A stretch of 64,000 nucleotides of DNA from an uncultured Thermoplasmatales archaeon (GTDB taxonomy: Archaea; Thermoplasmatota; E2; UBA202; DSCA01): positions 1 through 64,000 of the forward strand of contig CAZESS010000006.1 of NCBI GenBank assembly GCA_964514975.1, given 5' to 3'. Below, one piece after another: positions 62,476 to 64,000 of this stretch (positions are counted from its first letter, which is position 1; every line of letters starts with the position of its first letter). The notes beneath the pieces are model-generated. The model ran no database searches, was not told the DNA's origin, and saw only the letters and a list, made by a program, of their open reading frames with translations. The position numbers were made by a program, and so were the translations under genes.

Positions 62476-62595
62476 TCATGAGTTAAGAAAGTGGATTTGG
62501 TAGTCGACATCTTCGGGAAGGCATAACATTCCTGAGCCTTGTCTACTTTCAATGGCCATTTCAGCTTCCTTCCACTGCTTGTAAAAGTTGCTCAT
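62476..62595 (-). CDS. Small ORF, 39 aa (not in ORF track)
   Basis: ATGA overlap with Rad52-like stop. Confidence 0.35.
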   Translation of the reverse strand: MSNFYKQWKEAEMAIESRQGSGMLCLPEDVDYQIHFLNS

Positions 62596-63389
62596 CCTTG
62601 TTTCGCCATTCCTATTAGCTCCGCTGTAAGACTTAACACATCTTTCTTAGGAGCCTTGTCCAAAGGTTTGCCCAACTTTTCTTCTACCCACTTATCGGTT
62701 TGTTCGTCTGACCATCCAAGCTTTTCGGCTCGGGTGTAAACAGCGTTTACTTGCGCGTTGGAAGGTCTCTCTTCCTCATCTTCGTCTTGTGGTCCGTAAA
62801 CGTCGAGAAACACACCTAACTGCGTACCACATTTTTTCATAGCATCTGTTGCGGCGCCCTTGTAGTCGTTACCTAACTCTAAAGGATCGCCCGCGCGGTG
62901 TTTGTACAGGACGTTACCTTGACTATCCTTTTGAGGCTGACCTTTACTATCCCTTACGGGATCAGCAGAAGTCCACTTTTTAACTTCAGAAGACCCATAT
63001 TGCTCCTTCACAATCTCAAAACCTTCTAGGTGGATTGTTTCTTTGACACCGCTAGGATATTCACGCGCAATGGTTCTTCCGGGAACCTTGAGAGTAAAAC
63101 GGCCCTTAGCTACTATGTGACCATCTTGTTCGAACCTGTCAGGAACTTCGAACGACCACAAGAAACCAAAGGCCTCGTTAAAGCGTTGAATGAAACGCTG
63201 TCCTGGAACGTATTTTATTGTTTTGCCGCCGCGTATAGGTCTAGGCTTTTGCCATTCTGACGGTGTTGGGGAGTTAAGGATGTCTACGAGCCGCTGACTC
63301 TCGTCCCTATCCAAACCCATGAACTTTTGTAGCATCAACAACCGATGCTCGTCTATTCGCTGCTGTACTTCGATTTGTGCCTCTGACAT
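62592..63389 (-). CDS. Rad52/Sak-like single-strand annealing protein
   Basis: RGG..KYV...NEAFG..WSF, KGAATDAMKKC...G. Confidence 0.8.
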   Translation of the reverse strand: MSEAQIEVQQRIDEHRLLMLQKFMGLDRDESQRLVDILNSPTPSEWQKPRPIRGGKTIKYVPGQRFIQRFNEAFGFLWSFEVPDRFEQDGHIVAKGRFTLKVPGRTIAREYPSGVKETIHLEGFEIVKEQYGSSEVKKWTSADPVRDSKGQPQKDSQGNVLYKHRAGDPLELGNDYKGAATDAMKKCGTQLGVFLDVYGPQDEDEEERPSNAQVNAVYTRAEKLGWSDEQTDKWVEEKLGKPLDKAPKKDVLSLTAELIGMAKQG

Positions 63390-63436
63390 GCTTCTCCTAA
63401 GATGTCTATATATAATAAATGTTTATTCGTGGTTAT

Positions 63437-63661
63437 TTACGGATACTCGACTATACTAGGATGCTCTGATCTGATTAGGTGTACCAAAGTACTTCTTGGA
63501 GGTAAGGGTTTATCTGATGCTGCGATAACGTCAACATCCCATTGATCCGGATTACATTCCTTAAGAAACAAAGGTCTTCCCAAAGATTCCTGCAGACTCT
63601 GTAAGTCCTTCAACCCTTTTTGATATTCGTCGTTAAGTATTAGGTAAATGACTTGTTCCAA
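63437..63661 (-). CDS. Hypothetical protein
   Basis: GAGGGGG RBS, TTG start. Confidence 0.55.
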   Translation of the reverse strand: MEQVIYLILNDEYQKGLKDLQSLQESLGRPLFLKECNPDQWDVDVIAASDKPLPPRSTLVHLIRSEHPSIVEYP

Positions 63662-63680
63662 GTTGTATTAACCCCCTCGT

Positions 63681-63881
63681 TCATCCCCCGTCTCCCGACA
63701 TCCTCGTGTGAGTTAGCCGGTTTTCTACCCATGAAATAGTGTACTTAGGATAAGGAAACCTGGCGTTGAGGTTTCTCCAGGCTTGAGCGTGGCTGTAAGC
63801 GGAAGTGTATTGATAAGAAGAAGCTCCGTTAGATCTATCGCGCACCAACGCGATGTACCTGTCGCGTGCTTTCTCAATCAT
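63681..63881 (-). CDS. Hypothetical protein, probably on a leaderless mRNA
   Basis: ATG 6 nt downstream of TATAAT, no SD. Confidence 0.55.
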   Translation of the reverse strand: MIEKARDRYIALVRDRSNGASSYQYTSAYSHAQAWRNLNARFPYPKYTISWVENRLTHTRMSGDGG

Positions 63882-63887
63882 ACCTAT

Positions 63888-63926
63888 ATTATAGAAGCTA
63901 ATTCTCTCAAAATCAATATTATATAG
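63888..63926 (-). promoter_or_regulatory. Sigma70-type promoter with CTATATAATA box
   Basis: Box, TTGATT-17-TATAAT; overlapped by inverted repeat TCTCAAAAT/ATTTTGAGA. Confidence 0.75.
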
Positions 63927-64000
63927 AATTTTGAGAAAACTTCACATTTATTTTTAGATTTTTGGGTGTTGATAATTTCAATATAATGCTATATTATTAT

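Noticed and set aside
880-63260. Many short opposite-strand or alternate-frame ORFs in the track
   Set aside because: They overlap better supported genes that have RBS, coupling and motifs, and they break the strand organisation.
1-64000. CRISPR array or Cas operon (Cas4-like gene at 54316)
   Set aside because: No repeat-spacer array or other cas genes seen; solo Cas4-like nucleases are common in viruses.
1-64000. Diversity-generating retroelement, retron, integrase or transposase
   Set aside because: No reverse transcriptase, recombinase or transposase motifs, and no TR/VR pair recognised.

Overview
This is a dense 64-kb segment of a large bacterial virus or virus-like mobile element. Bacterial markers are sigma70-type promoters, strong GGAGG Shine-Dalgarno sites, bacterial MetK and PolA, and tRNA-Leu(TAA) and tRNA-Arg(TCT). 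Two arms converge. The + arm (1-22.4 kb) looks morphogenetic: sequon-rich membrane and secreted proteins, a Zot/pI-like P-loop ATPase with a DnaJ-type zinc finger, a MAM-domain adhesin with pilin-like and chaperone-like partners, and many small winged-helix and basic proteins. No terminase, portal, HK97 capsid, tail, lysin or integrase is recognisable in the window. The - arm (22.3-64 kb) carries two DNA polymerases (a divergent family B enzyme and a UDG-PolA fusion) and an archaeal-type N-glycosylation cluster (AglB/STT3, GT2/GT4, NDP-sugar enzymes, DUF2206-like protein, three radical SAM enzymes). It also has a 7-deazaguanine DNA modification set (folE, queD, queE, queC, dpdA-like), MetK, two of the three ART-like proteins (the third is on the + arm) plus a macrodomain, and recombination/repair genes (Rad52-like, SSB, RusA, UvrD-like, Cas4-like, pyrimidine-dimer glycosylase). 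The most notable candidates are a self-glycosylating, membrane-extruded type of large virus, a donor-strand fibre system with a strand-only membrane anchor, apparently circularly permuted winged-helix proteins, a cluster-less QueE paralog, a conserved promoter box, and several structured RNAs. All calls are from motif reading by eye; no database searches were run.
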